Assembly: GCF_006345805.1 (NCBI RefSeq)
Contig: NW_021825500.1
Span: 1 to 15,385, forward strand
Direction of reading: 5' to 3'
DNA from: Octopus sinensis
Lineage: Eukaryota
Length of the DNA stretch: 15,385 bases
Shown here: positions 1 to 8,905 of the stretch, piece after piece
Numbering within the stretch: position 1 is the stretch's first letter
Layout of the letters: the number at the start of each line of letters is the position of its first letter
Translations under genes and position numbers: made by a program
The notes under the pieces: model-generated
Database searches by the model: none
The model's input: the letters and a program-made list of their open reading frames with translations, nothing else
What the model was told of the DNA's origin: nothing

Positions 1-196
1 TATCGGTTGCTTTTGCCCGAACCGCTATGTTATGGGGTCGTAACACACACCAGCATCGGTTGCTAAGCGATGTTTGGGGAACAAACACAGACACACAAAC
101 ACACGCATATATACACACACATGTACACACACACGCACATACACACACACACTCACATATATATATATATGTGTGTGTGTGGTGTGTGTTTGTGTT

Positions 197-239
<43 letters not shown>

Positions 240-298
240 ATATATTTGACGGGCTTCTTTCAATCCACTCACAAAGCTTTGGTCGGCCGGAGGCTATA
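1..298 (-). mobile_element. SINE family A, partial copy with internal (CA)/(TA)/(TG) microsatellite
   Basis: 1-~100 and 243-298 align by eye to the complete copy at 7408-7755 (ccgaaccgct..acaccagcatcggttg; gacgggcttctttc..atccactcacaa.gctttggtcggcc.gaggctata). They are separated by about 140 bp of microsatellite. The head is lost and the tail runs off the window edge. Confidence 0.85.
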
Positions 299-300
299 CT

Positions 301-346
301 ATGTATATAAATGTGTATATATGTGTATATATGTGTGTGGTGTGTG

Positions 347-388
<42 letters not shown>

Positions 389-545
389 ATATATATGTTA
401 TGTATATATATGTATGTATATATATTTATGTATATATTATATATGTAATGTATTATATGTATGTATATATATGTATGTATATACATGTATGTATATATAT
501 GCATGTATATATTGTATGTATATATATATAGTATATATATATAAG

Positions 546-577
<32 letters not shown>

Positions 578-581
578 ATAT
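301..581. repeat. (TA)n/(TATG)n compound microsatellite
   Basis: Directly visible. It explains the Y/I/M/C-rich ORFs at 25-656. Confidence 0.95.
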
Positions 582-850
582 CTTGTGTAAATAAATATAG
601 GGATGATATTCAAATACCATCACGAGTGGTAAGCGAATTATCAGCCGTACAGGCAAATTAATAAAATATATACATACAAATATTAGATATGTACATATAT
701 ATACGCAAGGGTACTACATGAGTACCTATATCGCTGAAAATAGAAGTCAAAAAATACTTGTGTACCACCGAATAGTCACAAATCTATTACAGACATCATA
801 GGAAAAAATATTAGCGATACAAGTTCTCATATAGTACTCTTGTGTACTAC

Positions 851-1436
851 ATGCTTAGCAGTATTTTGTCTGCCGCTACATTCTGAGTTCAAATTCCGCC
901 GAGGTCGACTTTACCTTTCATCCTTACGGGGTCGATAAATTAAGTACCAGTTACGCACTGGGATCGATATAATCGACTTAGTCCGTTTGTCTGTCCTCTC
1001 TGTGTTTAGCCCCTTGTGGGCAGTAAAGAAATAGGTATTTCGTCTGTCTTTGAGCTCTGAATTCAAATACTGCGTTAGCACGCAGGGCGAAATGCTTAGC
1101 GATATTTCGTCTGCCGCTACGTTCTGAGTTCAAATTCCGCCGAGGTCGACTTTGCCTTTCATCCTTTGGGGTCGAATAAATTAAGTACCAGTTAAACGCT
1201 CTGGGTCGATATACTCGACTTAATACCTATGTCTGTCCTTGTTTGTCCCCTCTATGTTTAGCCCCTTGTGGGTAATAAAGAAATAGAAATAGGTATTTCC
1301 TCTGCCTCTACGTTCTGAGTTCAAATTCCGCCGAGGTCAGCTTTGCCTTTCGTCCTTTCGAGGTCGGTAAATTAAGTACCAGTTGCGTACTGGGGTCGAT
1401 CTAATCGACTGGCACCCTCCCCAAAAATTTCGGGCC
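851..1436 (+). mobile_element. SINE family B, head-to-tail array (about 3.3 units)
   Basis: The B-box GAGTTCAAATTCC recurs at 885-897, 1126-1138 and 1317-1329, with a degenerate truncated copy at ~1059-1070. Each intact one is followed by gaggtc..ctttgcctttc.tcctt.cggggtcgataaattaagtaccagtt. The same family occurs reversed at 15051-15270. Confidence 0.9.
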
Positions 1437-1677
1437 AAACAGATTGGTTCCCTCAGAAGTATTTATGTTTAATGATCATTATATATTATCATCCGCTACA
1501 AGAGCCTTTTATATTGTTTCCTCTTTTCTACGCGTTTCACTCAAGACCAGAAAGACATCTGGTTTATATCTTACAAACACAGACACAAATAATCGCGTTC
1601 GTGACATTTTCCATTTGATGTAAGGAGTGGGTGAAGGTTACATCCACTTGCCACGAGCAGTTTATCCTGAAGACTTA

Positions 1678-1938
1678 TTATATATATACATACATATATA
1701 TACATTCATACATACATACATACATACATACATACATACATACATACATACATACATACATACATTCATACATACATACATACATACATACATACATGTA
1801 TGTATGTAGGCATGTATGTAGGCATGCATGCATGCATGTATGTATGTATGTATGTATGTATGTATGTATGTATGTATGTATGTATGTATGTGTGTGTGTA
1901 TGTATGTGTGTGTGTATGTATGTATGTATGTATGTATG
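1678..1938. repeat. (TACA)n followed by (TGTA)n: inverted microsatellite pair
   Basis: The TACA tract switches to its reverse complement at the palindrome tacatgta (1793-1800). Confidence 0.95.
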
Positions 1939-2219
1939 TCTCTTCTATTTTTTAATTATTATAAATTTTCCTGTGAGGAAACCGGTTTCCAACAAAGATA
2001 CAACAAAATACATCTTTGGGATGTAGTTAACACAGACAAATTCACATTTGGAACTTGAGAAAAGTCTTGTATATTTTTACTGTTCCACTCATAGATTGCC
2101 CTTGTGCGAATTAGCCGGTCGATTTCTCTTTCGGAATATCGCAGCTTATCCAGTTTCTCCTCTAAGCACGTATGTATGTATGTATGCAACCATCCCTTTA
2201 CGAGGTTAAGGCATCCTCT

Positions 2220-2330
2220 AATTATATATATATGATATATATATAATATAAATATAATATTATATTATATTCTATTATATTATATTCTATTAATATTATA
2301 TATATCTTTTATTGTTTTTCTTTTATTTTT
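2220..2330. repeat. AT-rich low-complexity tract
   Basis: Degenerate (TA)n and T-runs. Confidence 0.8.
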
Positions 2331-2336
2331 TGTGTT

Positions 2337-2561
2337 TAGTTCAGTCATTATACCGCGGCCATGCTTGTGCACCGCCTTACAGAAGTTTTTGTTGTAGTCG
2401 GCTGTTCGACCCCAATGTATGTATGCATGTATGTATGTATGTATGTATGTGCATGCATGCATGCATGTATGTATGTATATATATATGTATACGATGGGCT
2501 TCTTTCAGCTTCCGTCTACTAATTCCACTCACAAGACTTTGTCCACGGCTACAATAGAAGA
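2337..2561 (-). mobile_element. SINE family A, degenerate and internally deleted, with internal (TGTA)n
   Basis: Tail ttcagtcatt..gcggccatgct.g.gcaccgcc (2340-2376), microsatellite 2415-2490, body acgatgggcttctttcag.ttccgtctac..ccactcacaag (2490-2561). Confidence 0.8.
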
Positions 2562-2675
2562 CAGACGGAGGGAGAATACAGTAATTGAAGTGTATTTGTA
2601 AGTAAAGACCTACCAATTGGCTGCCTTGTCATTGCAAATGTTTAGCACTGTTAAAACGCTATAGGTACAGTCGTA

Positions 2676-2788
2676 TCGTAGGTGTTTGGTTGGGAATTTT
2701 GCTTCCCAACCCCATGGTTTCAGGTTCAGTCCTAAGCGTGGTACCTTGAGCAAGTGAGTTTTATTGTTGCTCCTAGCTGACCAAAGCT
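2676..2788 (+). mobile_element. SINE family A, degenerate 5' half (tRNA-like head plus CORE-like motif)
   Basis: gcttcccaacc.catggtt.caggttcagtcc...gtgg.accttgagcaagtg..gctgaccaaagc matches the reverse complement of 7635-7745. Confidence 0.7.
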
Positions 2789-2965
2789 GCTAGTCTAATA
2801 ACTGAAAAAAGATAATGCCTGACTTCTTAAAAACGAAGGATGAATCGGATGACACAAGCAAACAAAACAAGAAAACACGATATATTTGTGGCTACAAACG
2901 CCTTTCATCTTTATTGTCGGTTTGTTTGAGGATGAGAACTGACCTGGGGTTAAACAACAGCAACA

Positions 2966-3463
2966 GTGGAGGCGCAATGGCCCAGTGGTTAGGGCAGCGG
3001 ACTTGCGGTCGTAAGAACGCGGTTTCGATTCCCAGACCAAGTATTATGTTTATTGAGCAAAAACACCTAAGCTCCACGACGCTCCGGCGGAGGACGGTAG
3101 TGAACCCCGCTGTACTCTTTCACCACAACTTTCTCTCACTCTTTCTTCCTACTTCTGCTACAAAGCAGAGGAACCATGGTGTAACCACACTATGGTGTGG
3201 TAAACTTTCAGATCCTAGTCTAGATTGCGAATCCTCTGTACCCCAGGATGGTTCAGCTCTCCACCCTTTAAAAGCCACCGCTTACGGAATGAGGATAACA
3301 ACGTAGCTTTCGCACCCGTGCAACTGCCAGTCTATCGCGTGTAGTGGGTGGATCTTCAAGTTGCCACACGCATTCTTAATAGCTTAGAGTAGGCTCGAAT
3401 TAAGGATTATTCTTTGTGGCTAATGGCGTGAGTCCTGATTGGAAGAAGAAGAAGAAGAAGAAG
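2966..3463 (+). mobile_element. SINE family D: tRNA-like head (2966-3149), unclassified body and (GAA)7 tail
   Basis: A-box TGGCCCAGTGG 2978-2988, B-box-like GGTTTCGATTCCC 3021-3033, (GAA)7 at 3442-3463. AGCAACA occurs at 2959-2965 and 3464-3470 as a possible TSD. The head is secure; the full extent is tentative. Confidence 0.6.
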
Positions 3464-3551
3464 AGCAACAACAAATACAACAACGTTGCTATATTCAGAT
3501 ACAGCGCAATGAAATTTGGTGGTGGCGTGAACTATGTAAAGTAATAATAAC

Positions 3552-3875
3552 TGGCCCTCCGTCGGTTACGACGACGCAGATTCCAGTTGATTCGATCGAC
3601 GGAATAGTCTGTTCGCGAAATTAACGTGCAAGTGGCTGAGTGCTCCACAGACACGCCTGCCCTTAACGTAGTTCTCGGTTGAGATTTAGCGTGACACGGA
3701 ATGTAACAAGGCTGACCCTTTAAATTACTGCAACAACTCACTTTTGCCAGCTGAGTAAACCGGAGCAACGTGAAATAAAGTGTCTTGCTCAAGGACCAAT
3801 AGCACCTCCAGGAATCGAGCTCACGAGCTTCCGATTTAATCCGGTTATCGTAATCACCAAGCCACGAGCTTTCAC
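3552..3875 (-). mobile_element. SINE family C, near full length (tRNA head plus CORE-like domain)
   Basis: Minus strand: A-box-like TGGCTTGGTGATTA (3864-3851), B-box-like GAGCTCGATTCC (3822-3811), CORE-like GTCCTTGAGCAAGACAC (3796-3780). It ends in a short (TTA)n tail. No convincing TSD. Confidence 0.8.
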
Positions 3876-3946
3876 GTGACGAAGTTTATCTAAAGTGATG
3901 TGTGTTTTCTTAGCCAGCATTACTGAACCGAGATGTTCCAATGAGC

Positions 3947-4246
3947 TAGTAGTAGTAGTAGTGGTGGTGGTGGTGGTGGTGGTGGTGGTGGTTGTGGTGG
4001 TGGTTGTGGTGGTGGTTGTGGTGGTGGTTGTGGTGGTATTGGTGGTGGTGGTATTGGTGGTGGTTGTGGTGGTGGTGGTGGTGATGGTGGTGATGGTTGT
4101 GGTGGTGGTTGTATTGGTGGTGGTGGTATTGGTGGTTGTGGTGGTGGTGGTTGTGGTGGTGGTATTGGTGGTATTGGCGGTAGTGGTTGTGGTGGTGGTG
4201 GTGGTGGTGGTGGTGGTGGTGGTGGTAATTGTTGTTGTAGTAGTAG
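3947..4246. repeat. (GTG)n/(GTA)n/(GTT)n trinucleotide microsatellite
   Basis: Directly visible. It is the source of the poly-Thr and poly-Val ORFs. Confidence 0.97.
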
Positions 4247-4627
4247 ACGGCTCCACTAAGGGCTTTATGAATAAAAGTAAAGTAAATACATAAATATTTA
4301 GTCTACAAACATCAGCAGCGATATGAATAAGAGGAGATAAAGCTATTCTAAAGTTTAACAGCGGACTAAAGGGTTTCCTTAATTTCTTTTGGAGAATATT
4401 TACCAAGTAGTATGCAGCCGAATTGTTATTTTTATGTATATAAACGCAACAACTACTTGCCAAAAATTCAATACAGTCATTGTATACACATTGTATATAA
4501 AAAGAAACAGTTATTGTATATAAACATCTTTATTTGTGTATATGGTTTTACGTTAAAAAAATATAGAAAAGAGTGCGAAAGTATGAGGAAACCAGCGGTG
4601 GTCTTCTGTTGGCAAAGATTATACAAA

Positions 4628-4711
4628 GTAGTTCAAGAGTTTCATTAAGAATAGTTCAGAGTAGTTTATGAGTTTCATTAACAATAGTTCAGTGTAGTTC
4701 ACGAATTTCCT
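4628..4711. repeat. 33-bp minisatellite, about 2.5 copies
   Basis: gtagttcaagagtttcattaagaatagttcaga (4628-4660) / gtagtttatgagtttcattaacaatagttcagt (4661-4693) / gtagttcacgaatttcct (4694-4711). Confidence 0.85.
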
Positions 4712-5422
4712 AAACCATATTTTGTATGGTGTAGGAAGAATAGAATATTGATCCTTTGGAGTTGACCTCTTGTTCGAGAAAAGATAATTTTCAGTGGGTT
4801 TGATCATTCGTGAGAGGAAATACGTTTGTTTTTAACCGAGACGTGCGTAGAGTGATGAAAATGTCCTGCATTTAGTGCCCGAGTATTGCTGACTTGTGGG
4901 GTTATATAGAATATATAGAATATCTGCTGTCACATGTAGGACGGATCCGGGTATTAGCTAAGACCATTGTGAAGAGAGTAACGCCGCTTTCCTTTAGCAA
5001 GGAATGTCAGACAATGTTTATCTTCTGGTGGCTTTGGCAAGATAGGTTGCATGTTGAACCAGACTGTAGGCTAAAAACAGACACCTTCCTTCTTAGCCAA
5101 GCTTTATCAACTTTTGCAGATTTCGCTTGAAAAGGAAAGTGAAAGTAGAGAGTGACCTCTTGTCTAAATGAAAGATGTGAGATAGGAAACAGACATTTTT
5201 TTCTTCTTTATTTAGCAAAGTAGAAAAATATCTTTTCTCTATCACGAAATATCAGATTCAACTTCTTGTCCATGACATACAAACTTTTAACTAAACTTGC
5301 GGACCTCACTGTACGTATAAATATGTGTTTTTTTTACTTTCGTCGATATGTATTTAAACATATTGGCTTATATCGTAGAAGCGTGACGATTTATAACCCC
5401 AGCACAAATTTACTTAACTTAC

Positions 5423-5722
5423 CTGAGAGAATTTCAAGTGGAACATGTTTCCGCCGTATTGTTGATTAATTCTTCGCAATTCATCACGATAGTTATAATT
5501 AGATAGTATTACGAAAAAAGTAAATCGGTGATGTTTAGTCGATGTTTCATTCATTATTACGTTAAATAAAGAAGTGTTGAGAAGACATTGGCATGTATAA
5601 CCAATTTTTGATTCGTTGGTAGGATAATCTATCGTGTCATGATATCTACGTAAATATTTGGTTTTATAGTCAAGTGTAACTATAAAACCAATTACAAAAT
5701 TGCTGTTTACATCAGTTGCCAT
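5423..5722 (-). CDS. Candidate host-gene exon (possibly a first exon), product unknown
   Basis: The open frame MATDVNSN...MFHLKFSQ ends in phase 0 at a perfect donor CAG|GTAAGT (5425-5417). ATG contexts are AAAATGG (ATG at 5722-5720) and AAACATG near the 3' end. The surroundings are CpG-rich. I recognise no protein homology. Confidence 0.25.
5658..5691. other. Perfect 13-bp inverted repeat with 8-nt loop
   Basis: ttggttttatagt (5658-5670) - caagtgta - actataaaaccaa (5679-5691). Confidence 0.9.
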
Positions 5723-5753
5723 TTTCACTTACTCTTCGCTCCGTTCTAAATTT

Positions 5754-5880
5754 TAAAATATTCTCATTTATCAAAGAAGTAGAGTAATTTGAATACACAC
5801 ACACACACACACACAAAGCCTAGGGATTTACTATGGTTTGTCTAAAATATTCTCATTTATCAAAGAAGTAGAGTAATTTG

Positions 5881-5920
<40 letters not shown>

Positions 5921-5942
5921 GCCTAGGGATTTACTATGGTTT
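5754..5942. repeat. Tandem duplication of a unit containing (AC)n
   Basis: Unit 1 is 5754-5839 (86 bp, (AC)10) and unit 2 is 5843-5942 (100 bp, (AC)18). The unique flanks are identical. Confidence 0.95.
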
Positions 5943-6171
5943 TTCTGCCCTTTAACTTTTCTTTCCGTTTTATTTCTTCTACCTTGTAATCCTCATCCCA
6001 TGATTTCCTCTTGTTTTCTTTTTCTTTTTTTCTTTGCCTTCAAGATGAAGGAACTATATCCGAAAAGTTAAAAAATGGTTTTCTTCTACTTTCTTAAATC
6101 GACATTGCATTTAATTTCTGCCTTGTTTCTTTTACTTCTTGCCTTTGTATGATATATATATATATATATAT

Positions 6172-6213
6172 ATCTTTAAATCCTTAAAAATGTTTTAGCC
6201 CGAAGGCCGCGGC
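6172..6213 (-). mobile_element. Isolated 3'-terminal remnant of a retroposon (third tail variant)
   Basis: Minus strand gccgcggccttcgggctaaaacatttttaaggatttaaag has the same layout (gcc.c, hairpin, aaac, short tandem tail) as the SINE A and LINE tails. Confidence 0.55.
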
Positions 6214-6222
6214 ATACATACA

Positions 6223-6253
<31 letters not shown>

Positions 6254-6436
6254 GCATATACATATATATGTATATGTCTATATATATATATACACACATA
6301 CATACACACATGCATACATACATATGCATATACGTATATATGTAAGTGTTCACATATAATGTACATATATATAATTTATATGTCTATATATAATGTATAC
6401 ATATGCATATCAAGCTCTCTAGCTATCTGTCTATAA

Positions 6437-6470
<34 letters not shown>

Positions 6471-6557
6471 ATGTATATACATACATACATGCATACATAT
6501 ATATACATGTATATATAATGTATACATAAGCATATCTATCTATCAATGTATATATAT
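6214..6557. repeat. Compound (CATA)n/(TA)n/(TG)n microsatellite
   Basis: Directly visible. Confidence 0.93.
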
Positions 6558-6835
6558 AGGGAGAATTCACGAAAAAACAAAAGACGAAGACAGGTGGTGT
6601 AGAAAACAAACTGATGTATTAGTATAACGCTCGGAAATTGAAAAAGTCTTCTACGTTTCGAGCCTACGCTCTTCCACAGAAAGGGACACAGAAAGAAACA
6701 AGGAGAGTAAAAAATGTGTGTAGGGGCTACCGATCTATCATGGCGACTGCCGGACAGAAGGGTTACACAGGAGCGCGAAGAAGTAGGGGAGATAACAAAG
6801 TAATAGTGATCCCAAAACGAAGGTGTGCGTGGCGT
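6558..6835 (-). mobile_element. Probable Penelope-like element terminal (pLTR-type) fragment
   Basis: Non-simple sequence bounded by microsatellites and carrying a minimal hammerhead-like motif with GAAACGT. Such motifs are known from PLE terminal repeats. No RT or GIY-YIG coding sequence is present, so the class is inferred. Confidence 0.45.
6648..6683 (-). ncRNA. Minimal type I hammerhead ribozyme-like motif (non-canonical core)
   Basis: 5'-cttt CTGTGGA a gagc-gtag-gctc GAAA cg TA gaag-3': stem I cttt/gaag, perfect stem II gagc/gctc, palindromic stem III ACGT, GUA triplet. It deviates from consensus by A6->U and one extra nucleotide before stem II. Confidence 0.45.
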
Positions 6836-7037
6836 GTGTGTGTTTGTATATATATAGCCACGACAGTTTTCAATAATATATTTCTAGCCTTAAGCCTGAC
6901 ATAAGGAAAAAACAAGAATTGAATACTAGTTTAATGGGTCTCAGTTTTTTTGTAAGTCAGCGATTCTTTTCACGGAACAGCGTTTTACATATGCCACATT
7001 AATATATTTTGCATAATAGTAGTGGTTGTGGTGGAGA

Positions 7038-7053
7038 AGTAGTAGTAGTAGTA

Positions 7054-7102
<49 letters not shown>

Positions 7103-7123
7103 TGTTGTTGTTGTTGTAGTAGT
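7038..7123. repeat. (GTA)n/(GTT)n microsatellite
   Basis: Directly visible. Confidence 0.95.
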
Positions 7124-7150
7124 CCCAGTGGTATAGTGCAGTTATAATAT

Positions 7151-7370
7151 ATAATTAACCGGCATAAATGAACTCCAACGAATGGATACTAAAACGAGGA
7201 AAAAAATGACAGCAAACAAGGCGCATTATCCAAAAGCTGATATTTATAGAATGTACGTTCCTTTAAAAGAGAACAGAAGAGGCCTCATCCAGCAAGAATT
7301 ATAGCACAAGACCATCACAATAGATCTTAATTCATACATCCAACATAACTACGTCTGGATGCTACAGTTA
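7151..7370 (+). pseudogene. Non-LTR retrotransposon RT C-terminal (thumb) fragment, R4/Dong- or NeSL-like
   Basis: My translation from 7170 is ELQRMDTKTRKKMTANKAHYPKADIYRMYVPLKENRRGLIQQEL*HKTITIDLNSY. It matches the recalled motif EL..LDRKTRK.MT....HPKAD..RLY.PRKEGGRGL of these elements. It has one stop and an upstream frameshift. Confidence 0.75.
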
Positions 7371-7407
7371 GAATTCTTCCAGCTCGGCACCTTAAATGAT
7401 ATGAATA

Positions 7408-7755
7408 TACTCTTTTACTTGTTTCAGTCATTTGACTGTGGCCATGCTGGAGCACCGACTTTAATCGAGCGAATCGACCCCTAGGTCTTATTCTTTGTAA
7501 GCCTAGTACTTATTCTATCGGTCTCTTTTGCCGAACCGCTAAGTTACGGGGACGTAAACACACCAGTATCGGTTGTCAATATACATATATACGACGGGCT
7601 TCTTTCAGTTTCCATCAACCAAATCCACTCACAAGGCTTTGGTCGGCCCGAGGCTATAGTAGAAGACACTTGCCCAAGGTGCCACGCACTGGAACTGAAC
7701 CCAGAATCATGTGGCTGGTAAGCAAGCTACTTACCACACAGCCACTCTTACGCCT
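7408..7755 (-). mobile_element. SINE family A, most complete copy (internal microsatellite nearly absent)
   Basis: Minus strand: A-box-like TGGCTGTGTGGTAA (7744-7731), B-box GGTTCAGTTCC (7701-7691), CORE-like CCTTGGGCAAGT (7679-7668). The 3' tail gtgctccagcatggcca-cagtcaaatgactg-aaacaagtaaaagagta ends at 7408. Confidence 0.92.
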
Positions 7756-8424
7756 AATTAGTGATGATAGTCTGCCTTGGTAGTTATTAAAATTCATTTA
7801 TAAGTTTGGGTTTCGTGAGGGATGCGTGATCTGAGGTATAGCGCTTCGCAGCTCTTTGAACAACTCTTAACCACAAAATCCTTCCCAAGAGAGCTAAAAA
7901 TATTAACCAAAATGTCACTCTCTTTACACAAATACCAGTTAAAATGAAATTAAGAAAAAAGTAAAACATGTACTGCCGTCCTTACAAACCACAAATGAAC
8001 TTCACGAAGTCTATGAATTATATATAATTTTCGTTCCTTCTGTTACATGTCAGTTACATTTCATGTTTTTAATGAGTTACACAAAACATTTCACAAACAA
8101 ACTGCGCACTGTGTTTTAGGCTAGGATGATTTATGTTTATTTGGTTTATTACCCGGTTTGCTTCAGAGTTTTTTTAAACAGACTAATTTGGCAACACCAC
8201 AAGTATCTTCTTACGTAGATCTTTGCATATTTTCCAGACAAATTGAAAAGACGGCAAAAAAAAAAAAAAGAATAGGGAAAGAGAAAAACCCAGTGAAGGG
8301 AGGGGGGATGCGCAGAACAAACCGGCGGCAGTAATTTACAGCTGCTCTTTGCTAAATAGTCATACAATCCACTTAGATATTTACCTGACTGTCTCCATGT
8401 CTATCTTTCTTGGTATCTTCTGGA

Positions 8425-8815
8425 TATATACACATGCACATACACACACATATTCATATATACATACATACATACATATATATATGTATAAATACATACA
8501 CACACAAGCGTACACATATGTATATTCATACATTCATATATATATATACACATACATATATTTATATGTATGTGTATATATATATATATATATATATTTA
8601 CACACATACACACATTCACATATGTATATGTATATATATATATATTTACACACATACACACATTCACATATGTATATGTATATATATATATATTTACACA
8701 CATACACACATTCACATATGTATATGTATATATATATATATTTACACACATACACACATTCACATATGTATATGTATATATATATAGAGAGAGAGGGAGA
8801 TCGAGAGAGAGAGAG
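8425..8815. repeat. Compound microsatellite containing a 48-bp higher-order repeat x4 (8597-8786) and a (GA)n end
   Basis: The unit tttacacacatacacacattcacatatgtatatg(ta)7 starts at 8597, 8645, 8693 and 8741. Confidence 0.95.
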
Positions 8816-8905
8816 CTCCTCTATTACTAAAGTGAAGTATAATAGACTGAGATATTTGCTTTGTTGTATCCATATCTATCTTAGAATCTTCTGGGTGGGT
8901 GCATA

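Noticed and set aside
711-853. 10-bp direct repeat gtactacatg (711-720 and 844-853) as a TSD
   Set aside because: The enclosed 123 bp has no element hallmarks, and the second copy overlaps the edge of the SINE B array.
851-1436. CRISPR-like array
   Set aside because: The units are about 190-240-bp SINE copies without unique spacers, there are no cas genes and the context is eukaryotic.
25-2616. Long ORFs rich in Y/I/H/T/C/V/M (for example 27-590 and 1631-2026), and similar ones at 6184-6627, 8349-8996, 9635-9916 and 12970-13495
   Set aside because: They are translations of dinucleotide and tetranucleotide repeats that lack stop codons, with no coding signal.
2966-3040. tRNA gene (also considered for 3800-3875, 7685-7755 and 15180-15270)
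   Set aside because: A/B boxes are present, but I could not build a full cloverleaf and each continues into a SINE body. These are tRNA-derived heads.
2815-3306. 163-aa ORF on the plus strand
   Set aside because: It runs through a SINE head and has no recognisable domain.
3789-4463. 224-aa poly-Thr ORF (mucin-like) and the antisense poly-Val ORF
   Set aside because: Both are produced by the (GTG)n tract. The flanking residues are not protein-like and there are no supporting splice signals.
4740-5200. Possible downstream exon(s) for the 5423 donor (acceptor-like sites near 5071 and 5127 on the minus strand)
   Set aside because: All frames close within about 40 codons and give no recognisable peptide or good donor.
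7756-8400. Unique AT-rich stretch examined for exons or RNA genes
   Set aside because: There are no convincing splice pairs, ORF, structure or repeat similarity.
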